From contig MTSL01000077.1 of NCBI GenBank assembly GCA_002794465.1, positions 28,466 to 49,171 of the forward strand: 20,706 nt of DNA, read 5' to 3'. This DNA is from Paramicrosporidium saccamoebae KSL3. Lineage: Eukaryota > Fungi > Cryptomycota. A program made the translations under genes and the position numbers. The notes under the pieces were generated by a model. The model worked only from the letters and a program-made list of their open reading frames with translations, was not told where the DNA came from and made no database searches. Below, piece by piece: positions 17,131 through 20,706 of this stretch. Numbering within the stretch: position 1 is the first letter of the stretch; each line of letters opens with the position of its first letter.

Positions 17131-17620
17131 ATGGAGTACACCCGGAGCAGTCTTGGCACGGCCTTGACCATGTTAGTATCCCTAAATCTTTTTGTACGAC
17201 ATCCTAATATTTCTAAATATACAGATGCTAGCTCCGTTATCGTTTGACTGGTCGCGTATCACCTGGTGGGGACCAGGTCTGCTCTCCACTCTTGCCTGCT
17301 TCAGTTACGGAATCAACTTTCTTGCCACCGTCTGCCTCCAGTGGATACCCGCTTGGGAAAACTCGCTGCTCTTGGTCATCCTCCATGGTCTTTTTGCGAG
17401 CAACATTATAATCAATGCGTTGCTATGTGTGCCCATACTGGGTTGGGACAAGGACTTGCTATTGTCGCGAGTAAATATACTGTTCTTTGATGGTGTCATA
17501 CTGTATGCCTTGGCAAAGGGACCATTGTCCCGGTGGGCATTTGTGCTGCCCCATCATGGCAAGGAAGACATTATCCCGACGAGTAGAAAGGCTTTTCTTA
17601 TAGGACAGGAGGTCCTGTAG
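17131..17620 (+). CDS. 4TM family member E, 152 aa; exons 17131-17193, 17225-17620
   Basis: MEYTRSSLGTALTMLVSLNLF|MLAP..., 31-nt phase-0 intron after codon 21 as in member A, hydrophobic segments, C-terminal FVLPH. Confidence 0.78.
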
Positions 17621-17652
17621 CGCGCAATAAATGTATATTTGGTTTACAGACG

Positions 17653-18995
17653 TTAGGTAAATGGACGGAATTCGGACTCTTTGGGCGGCACCGTGTCCGT
17701 GTTAACTGAAATCCGCCGCTCGAATACCCCGTAGGCCTTGGGCTTGAGCTCCAGCATCGTCCCCAGTGGCATTTCAACGTTGGGAATTTCCTTGTTTGGG
17801 ATTTCCAAAAAGTAGGCATATATGCATTGCAGCACAGAGAGATCGGCAACAATCAATACGTCTTTAGGGTCTCTTTCCAATTCTAACATGACATTTTCCA
17901 ACCGAACAGCCAAATCGTGATATGATTCGGCTCTCTGATAGCGGTGATAGTACCGATCTGCTTGGTGTGCCGCATATTCATCGGGATATTGTCGCTCGAC
18001 CTCTTCAGCAGTGAGATTTTCCACAACGCCGCCATCGAGTCCTCGCAACTGGGGCTTTGTTAAGAGTTCATGGCCCTTGAATACTTTGCCAATTACACAG
18101 CTAATCAAACTAGTCTCTGTCCACACCGACAAAGAGTCAATGTCTCCCACGCTGGCGAGGTACCTTTGAGCAGGACCCACCGCGTCCTGCACATTGAGAG
18201 CCTTCCTCGGCAAGGGAAAGAGAAAGATTCTCTTTGATCCGTGATGCAAATTCATCAAGTAATACAGCATCCTCGATGGCAGATAGCCTCTAATCTGATT
18301 TGCGACAATCTTCTTTCCCCCACCCAACAATCTAATAAATGGATACTCATATTCCTCTATTGGAGCTCCAACCGGAACGTAATACGGTCGGTAATAGTCG
18401 AGTCGGCGGTTGAAATCATTAGTTGCCTGTTCGCATTCGACGTTGGCATATTCAGGACAGGTTAGTCGGAGCTCCTTGATATGTTCAATGACGGCTACTT
18501 CATGACCGTGACTGTAAACGCATTCGAGGAACATTGTGCGAATGCCAGACTTGGTTAGCCGATTGACAATAGTTTTGCGACGTTGAGGCTGCGTGTTGGA
18601 AGCATCTAAAATGGCCACCTGACCGCCGTCGGGGGCTTCGAGCCATCGGACGAGGTCATCCAGTGCACTGTCGGCAATCTCTGTCCTCTTTCGTAAATTT
18701 TCCTGGTTGTCTAGAGTGCTATAGTCATGAAACCATTAGTACTGGCATCGAAGAATTCGGCAGTTAGATTCTCTCCCACCATTCGACTGCGGTAATGTGC
18801 CACGCTAAAATTGCGTGTCTTCACTCCCAGCCAGCGGAGGTAACGACAGAGATTACGAGCGGTGAATGTCTTTCCACTTGCTGGCAATCCGACCATTACA
18901 ACGGCAATATTTCCAGCATGCCATTTTTCTTCCCCCACATTCATGCTGTGCTTGCCAATCACCTAAATCGGTGTGACGTCTATAGTAAATACCAT
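17653..18995 (-). CDS. 6-phosphofructo-2-kinase/fructose-2,6-bisphosphatase family protein (YLR345W-like), 426 aa; exons 18995-18993, 18962-18743, 18710-17653
   Basis: WHAGNIAVVMVGLPASGKT (P-loop), RYLRWLGVKT, ILDASNT..RR, IRGYLPSRMLYYLMNL, and PGM-like domain residues LRGLDGG..RYQRAESYHDLAVRLE. Introns of 30 and 32 nt. The first exon (ATG only) is less certain. Confidence 0.9.
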
Positions 18996-19141
18996 TTATC
19001 CCTGGCTCATAGATAGATATGTGCAGTGTGCAAGGGGCTGTTATAGTTTTGCATAGTAGAGTCGGTTTATAAAGACCTTTCCATCGAATCTGTTAAATTC
19101 TCAACAAACCTGACACCATCCATCACTTCATACCTTTATTA

Positions 19142-20360
<1,219 letters not shown>

Positions 20361-20449
20361 GCTGTCAGTGTGTTTTGAATCTCTCATAATTCAATTAATA
20401 TAATCCATGAAACGACGAAACGAGGTTTCCGTAAATAGTTTATTGTGAG

Positions 20450-20537
20450 ATAGGGTGAGTCTAGATCATAAATAGGGTGAGTATAGATCATAAATAGGGC
20501 GAGTCTAGATCATAAATAGGGTGAGTCTAGATCATAA
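20450..20537. repeat. Minisatellite, four copies of a 22-bp unit (atagggtgagtctagatcataa)
   Basis: Copies at 20450, 20472, 20494 and 20516, each with 0-1 mismatch. Confidence 0.95.
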
Positions 20538-20620
20538 ATGGGGCTCGTTACTATTAATCTTGCGTTCCAAGCAGACTCGTCGCAATTATCAGTCGCGTAG
20601 CGCGGTGGGACGGGCGCGAA

Positions 20621-20706
20621 GAGACGAAAAGAGGTGGAAATGGGTGAAAAGAGATGGGAAGAGGTAACAAGAGATGGAAAGAGACGGAAAGAGACGAAAA
20701 GAGACG
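20621..20706. repeat. Degenerate 10-bp purine-rich tandem repeat (gagayggaaa-like), runs off the window end
   Basis: About 9 units in register, e.g. gagacgaaaa, gagatgggaa, gagatggaaa, gagacggaaa. Confidence 0.8.

Noticed and set aside
20450-20537. Telomeric repeat (contains TAGGG)
   Set aside because: The unit is 22 bp with a single TAGGG and is not a TTAGGG run; ordinary sequence continues on both sides.

Overview
Compact eukaryotic (fungal-like opisthokont) genomic DNA. It is gene-dense and has very short spliceosomal introns: I reconstructed 23 by hand, all 30-36 nt. The ORF track therefore splits most genes and misses several. Recognisable genes, left to right: ELP1/IKI3, MTR3/EXOSC6, UBC7/UBE2G2, EB1/BIM1, IBA57/CAF17, DET1, a PFK-2/FBPase-2 family gene of the YLR345W type, and HPPD. 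Unassigned content: (i) a 516-aa orphan with a signal-peptide-like N-terminus; (ii) two tandem paralogous small proteins with a signal peptide, a lipoyl/biotinyl-like barrel-sandwich pattern and C-terminal AKL/SKL, one of them frameshifted; (iii) a six-member family of ~140-150-aa four-transmembrane proteins, five in tandem at 13.95-17.62 kb and one dispersed at 10.15 kb, with shared intron positions. There are also several local tandem duplications and a dispersed ~22-bp intergenic motif. Tiny introns together with mitochondrial Fe-S (IBA57), HPPD and DET1 genes suggest an early-diverging, Rozellomycota/Paramicrosporidium-like lineage. That is inference only; no database was consulted. No RNA genes, CRISPR arrays or transposases were seen. 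All exon models are manual and need RNA-seq confirmation.
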